A stretch of 64,000 bases of DNA, taken from assembly GCA_963805855.1 (NCBI GenBank), contig CAWDVW010000002.1, forward strand, positions 224,001 through 288,000, in the 5' to 3' direction. A program made the position numbers and the translations under genes. This DNA is from Candidatus Dadabacteria bacterium (GTDB lineage Bacteria; Desulfobacterota_D; UBA1144; Nemesobacterales; CSP1-2). This document shows positions 30,534-40,077 of this stretch, piece by piece (positions within the stretch are counted from its first letter, which is position 1; every line of letters begins with the position of its first letter). Under the pieces are notes generated by a model that saw only the letters and a list, made by a program, of their open reading frames with translations, was not told the DNA's origin and made no database searches.

Positions 30534-31352
30534 TTGTATACTAGTTACTGTGCAACAAATTCGGAGACTAAGGCATTGTTGAGTTTTCTCGATCGAATAA
30601 TTTCAAGTCTTAACAAATCTAAATCAATTCCCCTACTTGACATTGAAGAACTGAAAAAGCGTGGAAAAAGAAATATAGAAGACGCAATATTTATAAAAGA
30701 GAAATTAATTCCTATTGCAGTTAAATACGAACATTGGAATATCGTTGTATTTGAATCATATGCAGTTATAGAATTAATTATGAAAGGGCTAATTTGTTTG
30801 ACCAAGAATGCTCCATGTAAAACGCATGAAATCAAAAAGTTGGTTGAACAAATGTTGAATATTCTGTCAATGTTTTCAGCTAATAACTCTTGGTTACCTT
30901 TACTTTATAATCACTACCCAAAGAGCGGTGACGGTTATTGTGTAGACATTGATAGTGATATTATTCGTGTGTACAGAATTGACAATGACGTATATACACA
31001 GTTGGGGGCATCTAGTGCAGTTAGAAATATAAAATCTGTCGATGAAATTTTAAGACTCACAGTCAAGAAATTTAAAAATGAAATAGCTGTAAGTGTAGGA
31101 GACGATGAAATTATCAGAAGAAACGACTCGACATATGATTTCCCCGACGAAAGCGAATGGGAAAGGGGATTTAATTTAAGACCAAATTCAGAAAGACTGG
31201 GACTGTTGATAAGGTTAGGAAAGAAATTAAGAAGAATACGCGAAAAATCGTTCTATGGCGAAATAATTTATGATGAAGAAAAAGCTAAAAAGGTTGTGTC
31301 GAGTATGGACGAATGGTTAGATGCTGCAGCCTGCTTCTTTATAAGTGATTAA
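30534..31352 (+). CDS. HEPN-domain-like protein with a large internal insertion
   Basis: WNIVVFESYAVIELIMKGLI..KTHEI (HEPN N-half) and LRRIREKSFYG..A (C-half), separated by about 110 aa. Confidence 0.6.
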   Translation: MYTSYCATNSETKALLSFLDRIISSLNKSKSIPLLDIEELKKRGKRNIEDAIFIKEKLIPIAVKYEHWNIVVFESYAVIELIMKGLICLTKNAPCKTHEIKKLVEQMLNILSMFSANNSWLPLLYNHYPKSGDGYCVDIDSDIIRVYRIDNDVYTQLGASSAVRNIKSVDEILRLTVKKFKNEIAVSVGDDEIIRRNDSTYDFPDESEWERGFNLRPNSERLGLLIRLGKKLRRIREKSFYGEIIYDEEKAKKVVSSMDEWLDAAACFFISD

Positions 31353-31355
31353 GCA

Positions 31356-31518
31356 ATACTGTTCCCCATTAAGAAGCTAGTAGAATTGAGCTAGTAAAAT
31401 AACGTGAAAAAGCTCTAAGGAGTGGGGGGGGGGGAGCAATGAAGCGAGGGAGATGGGATTCTAGAATAAACACTTATATGTATTGAAGGTTTGTTTGACA
31501 AAAGTGAAGCAGTACAAT
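31356..31518. repeat. ~155-160 bp inverted-repeat-bounded element, family R, copy 1
   Basis: atactgttccccattaagaagctag...ggagcaatgaag...tattgaagg..ttgacaaaagtgaagcagtacaat. Contains a G11 run at 31424-31434. Confidence 0.8.
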
Positions 31519-31603
31519 CTGCTTAGATGACCATGGTGAAATTTCATAGGGTCACGATGCTACATTCTTGTAATAATCCCAAAAAGAAGTTTTATTTGGG
31601 AAT

Positions 31604-32170
31604 TTATAAGCAAAACTTTATATATAATAATATGCCAGCAGCGATAATAACTAAGATAACCCGCAGATTAAAAAAGTGTGCATAAGTTATCGAACTGCAG
31701 TGAGGACACTTTAAGGTAGCAGAGCCTATTTCACCACCACATTTACCGCACTTATCAAATATGCGGGGTTTCGCTCCAGTAGCCTTAATTTGGGTTTCTT
31801 TAACGGAAGTCGTGAGATTAGTAGATATTCTTCCTTGGTTATATCTATTATCGAAATCTTGTTCGCTCATAGAGAGATAAGATAGCCCCTCCAAGAAACC
31901 AACGATAGCTGGTATGAACGTCCAACAGAATATCAAATAAATGAAACCCCAACCAGGACTGTCCAAATAGAATTTATGTATTCCAATGCCGCCTAGAAAT
32001 ATTGCCAGCAACGCCGCCGTACTTTTGCTTTTGTTTGTCCGAACAACGATTGGGGTTTGAGATGTAGGTTTTGGAGAGGTGGTTTTGTTTTGGTCGAGCC
32101 ACTCTCCACAGAATCTACACTTTTTAGCATCATCTTGAATCTCTTCAGCACAATAAGGGCATTTTCTCAC
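31604..32170 (-). CDS. Zinc-ribbon and TM2 (NINE) domain membrane protein
   Basis: CPYCAEEIQDDAKKCRFCGE, KSKSTAALLAIFLGGIGIHKFYL and a second CxxC pair. Confidence 0.85.
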   Translation of the reverse strand: MRKCPYCAEEIQDDAKKCRFCGEWLDQNKTTSPKPTSQTPIVVRTNKSKSTAALLAIFLGGIGIHKFYLDSPGWGFIYLIFCWTFIPAIVGFLEGLSYLSMSEQDFDNRYNQGRISTNLTTSVKETQIKATGAKPRIFDKCGKCGGEIGSATLKCPHCSSITYAHFFNLRVILVIIAAGILLYIKFCL

Positions 32171-32262
32171 TTAAGTTACCTCCCTCAATACCTTCTACCA
32201 ATCGCTCTAGTATATCAAAATTGGGATTATATTTTAATAGTATTTTAATCTAGTTCATTTAG

Positions 32263-32310
32263 CACACTATCTACACAAATTTTGATTGTGAACTTTGTGC
32301 AGCAAGTGTA
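32263..32310. repeat. Hairpin family H, copy 2
   Basis: cacactatctacacaaattttgattgtgaactttgtgcagcaagtgta. Confidence 0.65.
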
Positions 32311-32482
32311 TCTATCAAGCGAAACGAAAAGGTTCAAAACTTTTGTATACTTGTATCCCATATTAAATTCATTTGAAAACTCCGATATAATCTTGTTAAC
32401 TTCATATTGAATTGCTTATTTTGTATAATTCTTATTAAACTTTAATTCAGAAGAACTTATTATTTAAAGAAGCGAGGGCGTC

Positions 32483-33487
32483 ATGGTGACTTTGAATAAA
32501 GTTTTTCGGTCTATTGGGAAGGCTAAACGTGCTTCGGAAAGAGCCTCAAGGAAAAGGCAACGTGAACTTGAACAGCAACATAAGCAAATGGCTCGCATGG
32601 AAGAGTTGGAACGAGCAGCCTATGAGGTGGAATTGTACGAGAATTATATAGATAGATTAATTTCAGTTCACAAAGAAGCAGGAGAATCAGTCAACTGGGA
32701 AGCAGTTACAAACTCTAAACCGCCTGAAAAACCGATTCCGCAATCTTTAAATGAGAGCAAGGCACGAGAACTCTGGAGTAACTATAAACCAGGAATATGG
32801 GATAGGATGTGGAAAAAAGAGGAGAAAAGTCGGGAAACTCTTTTCGAGAATATAGAAAAAGGAAAGCAAAGGGATGAAGAAGAGTACCAAAAATTACTTA
32901 GTGAATACGACCAGAGCTATGCTGATTGGAAAGCAAGCAAAGAGTTCGCAGATAAAATAATGGCTGGTGAGAAAGATGCATACTTAGAAGCGCTAAAAGA
33001 ACTTAATCCCTTCACTGAAATCAGCGAACTTGGCTCTAGCATAGATTTTGGGATAAGTAATAATAAAGTATTAACTGCTCTTGTCCACGTTCATGGTGAA
33101 AAAGTCATACCGAAAAACATTAAGAGTTTACTTAGCAGTGGAAAAATGAGTGTTAAAGCGATGCCGAAAATCAAATATTTTGAACTTTACCAAGACCATG
33201 TTTGCAGTAGCGTTGTGCGTGTTGCTAGAGAATTGTTGGCAATTCTACCAGTAGACTCGGCTGTAATTCATGCCGAGGATAAGTTGTTAAACCCACAGAC
33301 TGGTCACCTAGAAGATAAGATTATTTTGTCAGTTGCAATCCCTAGAAGCACTCTGGAACAGATAAACTTTGATACGATTGACCCATCCGACTCAATGAGA
33401 AATTTCGTTCATCGAATGAACTTCAAGAAAAACAGCGGCTTTATGGAAGTAGAACCTATAGACCCCGCCGAGATTAACCCAGCATAA
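32483..33487 (+). CDS. Conserved-looking hypothetical protein with N-terminal coiled coil
   Basis: Long ORF. LISVHKE, YQDHVCS..RVARELL and TGHLEDKIILSV, a type seen in prophage/island proteins. Confidence 0.65.
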   Translation: MVTLNKVFRSIGKAKRASERASRKRQRELEQQHKQMARMEELERAAYEVELYENYIDRLISVHKEAGESVNWEAVTNSKPPEKPIPQSLNESKARELWSNYKPGIWDRMWKKEEKSRETLFENIEKGKQRDEEEYQKLLSEYDQSYADWKASKEFADKIMAGEKDAYLEALKELNPFTEISELGSSIDFGISNNKVLTALVHVHGEKVIPKNIKSLLSSGKMSVKAMPKIKYFELYQDHVCSSVVRVARELLAILPVDSAVIHAEDKLLNPQTGHLEDKIILSVAIPRSTLEQINFDTIDPSDSMRNFVHRMNFKKNSGFMEVEPIDPAEINPA

Positions 33488-33520
33488 GCAATTATGACCA
33501 TTCCAGTCACTGAAACAGGC

Positions 33521-34528
33521 TTATTGAAAATCTCTTCTAGTACCATCTTCATATAAAATACTATCGACTGTAAAAGTTGCTTTCATATTTTTTTTGTCTG
33601 TAGTCCTGACCCAATTGTGCTCCCACTTAAATTGATTATAGTCAAAGCCACCATTCAAGTTTATTTTTCCATTGGGAGCGATAGGCTCATCAATTGTCCA
33701 ACCAACCCTCATTTTAGTTTCACCGAACAGGTCTTGCAAATTCAATGTACCCTTTATAGCACGTGCCGTCTTGTCAAGACCAGGAGCTGTGACTTCTAAA
33801 TCGAAAAAGATGAATTTTTGATAATCTTGCTCAGTAAATTTTTTATCTAGAATTTTCACATCAAGAATCTCATCTTGTAACTTCGACTTGCTTTTGGAAT
33901 CGGGTTGTGATGATGGAGCAGTGCCAACGCCGCTTGAGGCAACTTCTGTCTCTTCCTTTTTTATATCTTCTGGAGTAGGTAATTTTGGAAACGCCAATCC
34001 ATATTTGGCGATAAGATACCTTTGCTTCAGCATTGCTAACGTTTGCTCGTACGTAGCGACCGCCGATAGTTTCATAGCATAAATTAATCCTCCAGAATAT
34101 TGTTCAGCCTCTGATTTTGCATTTTGAAGCTCCTTGTTCACGCCATCAATCTCTTCCTGTATTTTCCCTGCAAGTTCGGGGTCGGCATTGGTTACAAAAG
34201 TTTCAGTAGTTACAGGGCTGCCAGACTCGATTGAGTTTATACGCTGTTCCAGCAACGCCTTGTTTGTTTTCAGTATTTCTATTCTGGCTTCAATAAGCAA
34301 TTTAATTAGACCTCCCTCGTACTGCTGGTCTATTTTTTCAGCATCTACTATATCCTTTTGTACGTCTTCAAGCTCACCTTTCAGTTCATTAACTTTTGCT
34401 TTTTCTTCAGGACTAAGTTCAGCGGATTTGCAAGAAACAATGATTAAAATTATCGCTATACTGAGAGATAGATACGAATTTCTAACCATATTTTCATTCC
34501 TCTCGATTTCTTCAACCTGTAAGTGCAT
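33521..34528 (-). CDS. Hypothetical lipoprotein with duplicated coiled-coil (YxGGLI) repeat
   Basis: Lipobox IVSC. QYEGGLIK and QYSGGLIY. Confidence 0.7.
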   Translation of the reverse strand: MHLQVEEIERNENMVRNSYLSLSIAIILIIVSCKSAELSPEEKAKVNELKGELEDVQKDIVDAEKIDQQYEGGLIKLLIEARIEILKTNKALLEQRINSIESGSPVTTETFVTNADPELAGKIQEEIDGVNKELQNAKSEAEQYSGGLIYAMKLSAVATYEQTLAMLKQRYLIAKYGLAFPKLPTPEDIKKEETEVASSGVGTAPSSQPDSKSKSKLQDEILDVKILDKKFTEQDYQKFIFFDLEVTAPGLDKTARAIKGTLNLQDLFGETKMRVGWTIDEPIAPNGKINLNGGFDYNQFKWEHNWVRTTDKKNMKATFTVDSILYEDGTRRDFQ

Positions 34529-34551
34529 TATAGCATAAGTGTTTTAGCGTG

Positions 34552-34600
34552 GACACTATCTATTTAATCATTCGGTCGTGAGTTTGGGGTAGCAAGTTTA
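34552..34600. repeat. Hairpin family H, copy 3 (more diverged)
   Basis: gacactatctatttaatcattcggtcgtgagtttggggtagcaagttta, followed by tgagagat as in copy 1. Confidence 0.5.
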
Positions 34601-34661
34601 GTGTTTTGAGAGATTGGCGATTGAAAGAGCCTATATGGTAAAATTTATTAGAGGGTGAGAC

Positions 34662-34853
34662 ATGTGCGACTTCCTTAAAGAGCTTGCAGCATTCTATGGT
34701 TACATAACTGATGAGCAATCTTTAAGATGTAAAGGTTGCGGTTCCCAAGTGGAAAAATATAAAGTTACCAAAGCCAATGAATTGGTGGAATGCCCAAAGT
34801 GTGGAGAAAAGGAATGGGAAGAGACGAGTTTGTTGGAAGAAGGGGGGATATAG
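34662..34853 (+). CDS. Small zinc-ribbon protein
   Basis: RBS GAGGG. CKGCG...CPKCG. Confidence 0.65.
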   Translation: MCDFLKELAAFYGYITDEQSLRCKGCGSQVEKYKVTKANELVECPKCGEKEWEETSLLEEGGI

Positions 34854-34941
34854 TTATTGCTTAGGAATGGGAAGAATCAGATTTAGTCTCGAATTATCCC
34901 GTTTAATCTAAGATTTCAAAGCTCCTCAAATCAATATTTGA

Positions 34942-35670
34942 TTACAAAAACTTCTTCAGAAGTTTGGCAAATTCAATTGACTGTTCTATTTCTTTAGGAA
35001 GAAGTTTAGAGACATCAACGTGTGCAGAGCTATTCCTGACTTTGTCAGCTATTTTAACTCTATAATAACTTCTTTTGAGAAATGCTTTTAATGATGAGTT
35101 GTTCGTTTTCATTTTGAGTCTTTCGCATAATTGGTCTATATCGTCCCCTCTATAACTAATGTTCTCCTTTCTCAGCAATTCGATTAATTCTCTTGCGATA
35201 TAGTTTGATATAATAATTCCTGATGCTTGAAGAATTGTTTGTTTCTTCGAAAGTTTGAGGAAAAACTCTGAATCTTGAATTGGAGAGGTATTTCTCAGAA
35301 GTGAAGGATAATGAGACCGTCTAAGCTTCTTGAATACACTTAATACTTTGTTGGTTGTTTTTATCATCGCACTTGTATAACTAGCGTAAAAATCGTCTCT
35401 CTTTTGAGGCGAAGTCGTTTTCTCAATGCTTTTCCACGTTTCGCCATTCATTAACATACCGTCAATCTCGATTTCTTTGCCAAGTTTAGACAGGCTGCGG
35501 ACTTCAGGTGAATTACTCCCAGCTACCTGAGACAGCACACTCAATGACCCTTTCATTAGATTGAGATGATTGCAAATTCTTCGGAAAGTAAGCTTGCTTA
35601 TAGATAAATCACGTTCTAACATTTTTATGGTGTCTTCAATTTTCTTTAACTTATCGCTCGCTTGAGACAT
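34942..35670 (-). CDS. Hypothetical protein with C-terminal HEPN-like RxxxxH motif
   Basis: KIADKVRNSSAHVD within a helical-looking C-terminal domain. Confidence 0.55.
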   Translation of the reverse strand: MSQASDKLKKIEDTIKMLERDLSISKLTFRRICNHLNLMKGSLSVLSQVAGSNSPEVRSLSKLGKEIEIDGMLMNGETWKSIEKTTSPQKRDDFYASYTSAMIKTTNKVLSVFKKLRRSHYPSLLRNTSPIQDSEFFLKLSKKQTILQASGIIISNYIARELIELLRKENISYRGDDIDQLCERLKMKTNNSSLKAFLKRSYYRVKIADKVRNSSAHVDVSKLLPKEIEQSIEFAKLLKKFL

Positions 35671-35682
35671 AATCTCAATAAT

Positions 35683-35836
35683 ATACTGCTCCCCATTAAG
35701 AAGCTAGCAAGGTTAAGCTCGTAAAGTTATATAAAAGCTATTAAGGAGCGGGAGCAATGAAGCTAAGGAGAAGGGATTCTCAAGCAAGCACTTCTACGTA
35801 TTGAAGCCTTTCTTGACTAGTGGGGAGCAGGACATT
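35683..35836. repeat. Family R, copy 2
   Basis: atactgctccccattaagaagctag...ttcttgactagtggggagcagg. Ends CTGCTCCCCA and TGGGGAGCAG are perfect 10-bp inverted repeats. Confidence 0.8.
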
Positions 35837-36179
35837 AAGGACTAATTTCTCTATCTACATAAGCTGTTTCCCTAAGGGCGATTGTTATAAGTGATAAAGC
35901 TATGCACGCTATTGGAATAAGTAAACCTAAGAAAGATTTTGTGAGAAATGGAACGAAATAGGAGATTAGAGAACACCCTACAATTATGAATCCAATATAT
36001 GGCTTTTCTCTGAAGTAAGCTAATGAAGCTACCTTCCGAAGCCCACCAGAGAAGGTTAGCTTACCACTGAGATATTGCCTTATAAACCTTGACCCACACT
36101 TATTGCAAGTATACGTCTCTCGCTTGTTAATATTATCCCTTTCATACTTCATCAAAGACCCGCATTTACTGCAGTTCAT
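35835..36179 (-). CDS. Small Zn-finger and two-TM membrane protein
   Basis: CSKCG...CNKCG followed by two hydrophobic helices. Confidence 0.65.
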   Translation of the reverse strand: MNCSKCGSLMKYERDNINKRETYTCNKCGSRFIRQYLSGKLTFSGGLRKVASLAYFREKPYIGFIIVGCSLISYFVPFLTKSFLGLLIPIACIALSLITIALRETAYVDREISP

Positions 36180-36336
36180 TACGACACCAACCCAATACTA
36201 ATTTACAAAATGAAAAAGTCCGAGTTCGTAAGGGTGCTATTTAGCTCTACAACAACGTCCTACGTCTGCATTATATTATGGATTATAGAATACTATTTTA
36301 ATTTAACCAAGTGGCTAAGAGCGATATAGAAGAGGA

Positions 36337-36423
36337 GGAGCAATGAAACGAAAGAGATGGGAGTCTAGAACAGGCACCTATATGTATTGAAGCCTTGCTT
36401 GACAAAAGGGGGGCGGTACAATT
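36337..36423. repeat. Family R, copy 3 (right half only)
   Basis: ggagcaatgaaacgaaagagatgggagtctagaacaggcacctatatgtattgaagccttgcttgacaaaaggggggcggtacaatt. Confidence 0.75.
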
Positions 36424-37069
36424 AAAACACGTAAAGTAACAAACCGCTATCATTTGCTTTGACTTTTCCTTTAAGTAAAACATTGTCCTTTGGATTTCTT
36501 TCTATTTCTGAGATTTTTTCTTCCGAGCCAAATATCGAGTATATCTCCCCATTCTTTGACCTCAATACATGTGGATGGGGTGCCAATTCATGACATGGGT
36601 ATGACGACAGTATCGGTTTCAGAGTGCTCTTTTTAATTTTGCTTGTTTTATAGTATGGAAGAAGACAGAAGATGTCACCTTCAATATCTCTGGTCTCACC
36701 TCTTGAAGACTCTTCGTCGGGCGAGGTAGTCGAGTCAATAATCCATGCTCTTTGGGTTCCTTTAATTTTTCCGTCAACTTTGAAGCTATCCTGCTCTCCC
36801 GATTTATACTTTCTTAGGTCTTCTTCTGAGGCTATTACTGTGTAAGTTTTACCGTCATTGCCCATCAAAATATATACCCCGTCACAGTCTTTGATTTGGT
36901 CAGTGACCTCTATTTTCTCCTGTTCACCGTTTTCGACGCACAGTATTTGACCCTCTGCACTCTGTTTCTCCTTTTCTTGACTAAAGCTGTCTTTACTCAA
37001 CACAGCTAGCAAAGCTAACAACAATATTAACAAGAAGGGTACTATGCGGTGTTTGCAATATTCGCACAT
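36422..37069 (-). CDS. Exported protein with two repeated beta-rich domains
   Basis: Signal peptide. EGQILC..GKTYTV..VDGKI and EGDIFC..GEIYSI..LKGKV. Start chosen at MCEYCK; the ORF extends to 37201. Confidence 0.6.
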   Translation of the reverse strand: MCEYCKHRIVPFLLILLLALLAVLSKDSFSQEKEKQSAEGQILCVENGEQEKIEVTDQIKDCDGVYILMGNDGKTYTVIASEEDLRKYKSGEQDSFKVDGKIKGTQRAWIIDSTTSPDEESSRGETRDIEGDIFCLLPYYKTSKIKKSTLKPILSSYPCHELAPHPHVLRSKNGEIYSIFGSEEKISEIERNPKDNVLLKGKVKANDSGLLLYVF

Positions 37070-37402
37070 TTCGTGGTTCGTCTCAATACGCCGTAGATGA
37101 ATTGGATATGTCCCAAATGTAAAGTCTAATTCATCCTTTGAATATCTATTGTAATTCAAAAATAGAATTTCTAGATTAATGTCTGAGTATTGACTTGTCA
37201 AACTTTAGAGCTTTTGAGATGTTTAAGGAGGTATTAAATGTTGATGTACAACCCCTCATTTAAGAACCTAGTGGAAATAAGATACAAAATCATACAGAAA
37301 TCTCATGGAGTGAGGAGAAATAACATCGATAAGTATTAAAAACGGAGCCTAGGCTAGTGTATAATACTGGTAACCAATACTTCCAGTTTTGAGAAAACAG
37401 AC

Positions 37403-37861
37403 ATGAACCGCACAGCCACAAAAATCTTTATCCTATTATTCCTATGTTCTCCACTTGCAAACGCTCAAGAATCAGCTCCGACCATGTCAATGAAACAACA
37501 TCCTGAGAGGTACATTAAAGTTACTGACTGGTCTTACTTTGTGGCGATGAGGGTAGCTATGATAAGTAATGTTACGATTGAGAACACAGCAGACATTGCT
37601 TATAAAGACATCCTAATAAAGCTCAACTATTACTCCACTTCATATGGGAGTGTTGGACAACAAGTAAGCAGTACAACTGCTGTCCTTCCCATCACAATTC
37701 CTCCACGCAGCAAGGGCACCTACCTGAAAGGCGGGATGCCGATTGGCTTGGGAGCACAGAGTTACCAAACGAAATATGTCCAAGTTCTAGGGGCTGTTCC
37801 TATAGGGGAGAGTTCAGTAGAAAGTTTAAGTGAGACCAAGAAGCCCATATTGACTCACTAA
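37403..37861 (+). CDS. Exported hypothetical protein (possibly Ig-like/FxLYD-like)
   Basis: Signal peptide. VTIENTADIAYKDILIKLNYY and IPP. Confidence 0.6.
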   Translation: MNRTATKIFILLFLCSPLANAQESAPTMSMKQHPERYIKVTDWSYFVAMRVAMISNVTIENTADIAYKDILIKLNYYSTSYGSVGQQVSSTTAVLPITIPPRSKGTYLKGGMPIGLGAQSYQTKYVQVLGAVPIGESSVESLSETKKPILTH

Positions 37862-37931
37862 AGACGAGCCTACGTTATCTTTACTTACACGCACGCCCAG
37901 ATGAAGATGCATCTAGTGACGAGTTTACAAA

Positions 37932-39302
37932 TTATTTTTTTGTCGGCACCTGTAAAATTTGCCTTGACCATCGCAAGAGAGGTTTTCGAAGTCTCTCAAA
38001 CTTAAAACCAGTGACTAATAATACAAGCCCTAGGGTCGCACATCCCACGGAGATTAAAATCTTTCCCCACCATTTAATATCGGGTATCAAGCTAAATACG
38101 CCAAAAAATACGGCTAACGCGATGGCAATAATCACTCCCAAAAAAGTGAGGCTGTTGGAGTCCCATTCGCTCCTCATAATTTCAGTAAACATTTTCAGTT
38201 CACTATCTGCTTGCTGAATGCGATTTTGAAAATTGATTTCCCTCAGCTCTCGACGCCAAGCTTCTTTGGAATACAATCTGAAGTATTCCTTTTTCCCCGT
38301 TTGAGCTGCACCAAAAGATAACCCCCAAGTTAGTAGTATTCGAAATAATCGGTCAGCTATTTCATATGCAATGGCCCGCTTGCTCTCTTCTTTTTCCCCA
38401 AATTTTAAAGTTCCTCCATATACACAACGATTATTTAATTCATTTAAACGTTTGCCTGTTTCTTTTTGCCAAAAGTAATGCATTTTTATACGCTTTTCTT
38501 CAGGTATTAAATTACGGTCACCTTCTATGTCATTTTTAAAGTTCTCAAAGAGTTCCCATAGAGCAGCAATTTCCAGTTCTTCATCGCTGGATAAAAATAT
38601 TACCTTATCCTGGTAATGAACGGGATTTAAAAGAGATTCGGCAAAAGATGATTTCAGGGAGTGGTTAACAATTAGCTGTACTATGTTTCTTGCCTTCTCA
38701 TCATCATCAGGTGTCGTTTCTAATATCTTTGCGATTTTGTCTCTGACGATAACTTCATCAAATGCCATCGAAGTCACCTGATTCTCAAAAGCATCTTTTG
38801 AACTCATCCATTCTGGAAGCTCACTTGGAAGCTTCCGTAAGATTTCCCATTTTGTTCCATAAATTGAAGCAATAAACTTCATAAGTTCATCAAGTGTATG
38901 GTCACTCATTATAGTCCATTGACCTTTCCCTCCAGCTTCTAAATCTCTTTCAATTTCCTGCTTCTGCCGTTGTCGCCAAAAATCTGTTATGGGTAGTTTT
39001 GTTTCCGTCCATTTGTATGAGCTAGAATCGTTTAGATAATCCTCTATGTTGGCTAAAATTTTCTTTAGTTCCCCTCCCCACAAGTCGGACATATTGACAT
39101 TCAGACTAGTGACAGCTTTCCATTCAGAATTTCTTTTTTCCTCAAGGAAATAAATTAAATGTTCTACCGAACCCCCCAGGGGGTCATTCTGGGGTTCTTT
39201 TCGTGACGTAATTCGGAAGGCAACTAATGACGGTTTTCTTTTTTCATATGGAAGCGATATCCTAGTCACAGTTCCATTATATAATAAATGTGACAGATAC
39301 AA
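37932..39302 (-). CDS. Hypothetical protein with two C-terminal TM helices
   Basis: 456-aa ORF with no recognised family. Start uncertain. Confidence 0.6.
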   Translation of the reverse strand: MYLSHLLYNGTVTRISLPYEKRKPSLVAFRITSRKEPQNDPLGGSVEHLIYFLEEKRNSEWKAVTSLNVNMSDLWGGELKKILANIEDYLNDSSSYKWTETKLPITDFWRQRQKQEIERDLEAGGKGQWTIMSDHTLDELMKFIASIYGTKWEILRKLPSELPEWMSSKDAFENQVTSMAFDEVIVRDKIAKILETTPDDDEKARNIVQLIVNHSLKSSFAESLLNPVHYQDKVIFLSSDEELEIAALWELFENFKNDIEGDRNLIPEEKRIKMHYFWQKETGKRLNELNNRCVYGGTLKFGEKEESKRAIAYEIADRLFRILLTWGLSFGAAQTGKKEYFRLYSKEAWRRELREINFQNRIQQADSELKMFTEIMRSEWDSNSLTFLGVIIAIALAVFFGVFSLIPDIKWWGKILISVGCATLGLVLLVTGFKFERLRKPLLRWSRQILQVPTKK

Positions 39303-39718
39303 ATGTCAGGTTGTACGGACTTCTAGTTGGGAATCACTCCTCTCCCTCACCCAACCACTTGACGAGAAGGTCAGGAAACGGGGTTTCCCATATGTCAGTC
39401 TCTCGTAGCCTTTCTACAGGCACAAGCTCCTGTTCCTTAGTTAACTCTTCACATGGTCTTACCAGTTCAGCTGAATAGCCAAATGCTCGATGAGCAGTGT
39501 CAATTACTCACTTAATTGATACCTATTGAGTGCAACGCCGTTCTAACCGTCTCCTAAAACCTTCTCTCGCAAACTTTAATTCCATTTTTGCTTCATTGGC
39601 AACTGAATCCAACTGTTTAGTCTCTTCCTCAGTTAGGTCATACCTATTCTTAATCGTTCGCACCCAATAGTCTGTTTCTTCTTCATTGAATAATCAAAGG
39701 GGACGAAACCCTTAAGAC

Positions 39719-39776
39719 CAGGATGCATGATGGAAGATGCATGATCCACAGATGCAGGATGCAAGATACAGGATGA
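39719..39776. repeat. Degenerate 7-bp periodic repeat (GATGCAT type)
   Basis: caggatgcatgatggaagatgcatgatccacagatgcaggatgcaagatacaggatgac. Confidence 0.7.
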
Positions 39777-40077
39777 CTTATCAGGTAGAAGAGCTATTTC
39801 TTTCGAAATAACTTTTAGACAGCTTCTTCCAGCCGTGGCTCGTTTTGAATAATGATTCTTGGATTAGGATTCCTCGGTGGGACAGGAAGCCCTTGCTCTT
39901 TTAAAAGGTTTACGTGTTCCTTAATTCCCCATCTCGCTTTATAGAGACAATCCTCTATAGAGTGCCCAATACCAGTAAAGCCCTCTAGCTCAGGAGAATA
40001 AAATCCGAAATAGTCAGGTTCTTCCGTCGCCTCAATTATTAAAAATTAAAGGGTCCGCAACCCTTTAATTCGAGGGG

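Noticed and set aside
31495-31518. TTGACA...TACAAT in family R as a sigma70 promoter
   Set aside because: The spacer is only 12 bp.
37238-37339. 33-aa ORF MLMYNPSFKNLVEIRYK.. behind a strong AAGGAGGT
   Set aside because: A good RBS is the only evidence, with no motif or second copy, so it was left uncalled.
27400-39300. Prophage or classical integron
   Set aside because: No integrase, terminase or structural genes, no convincing attC cores, and mixed gene orientation.
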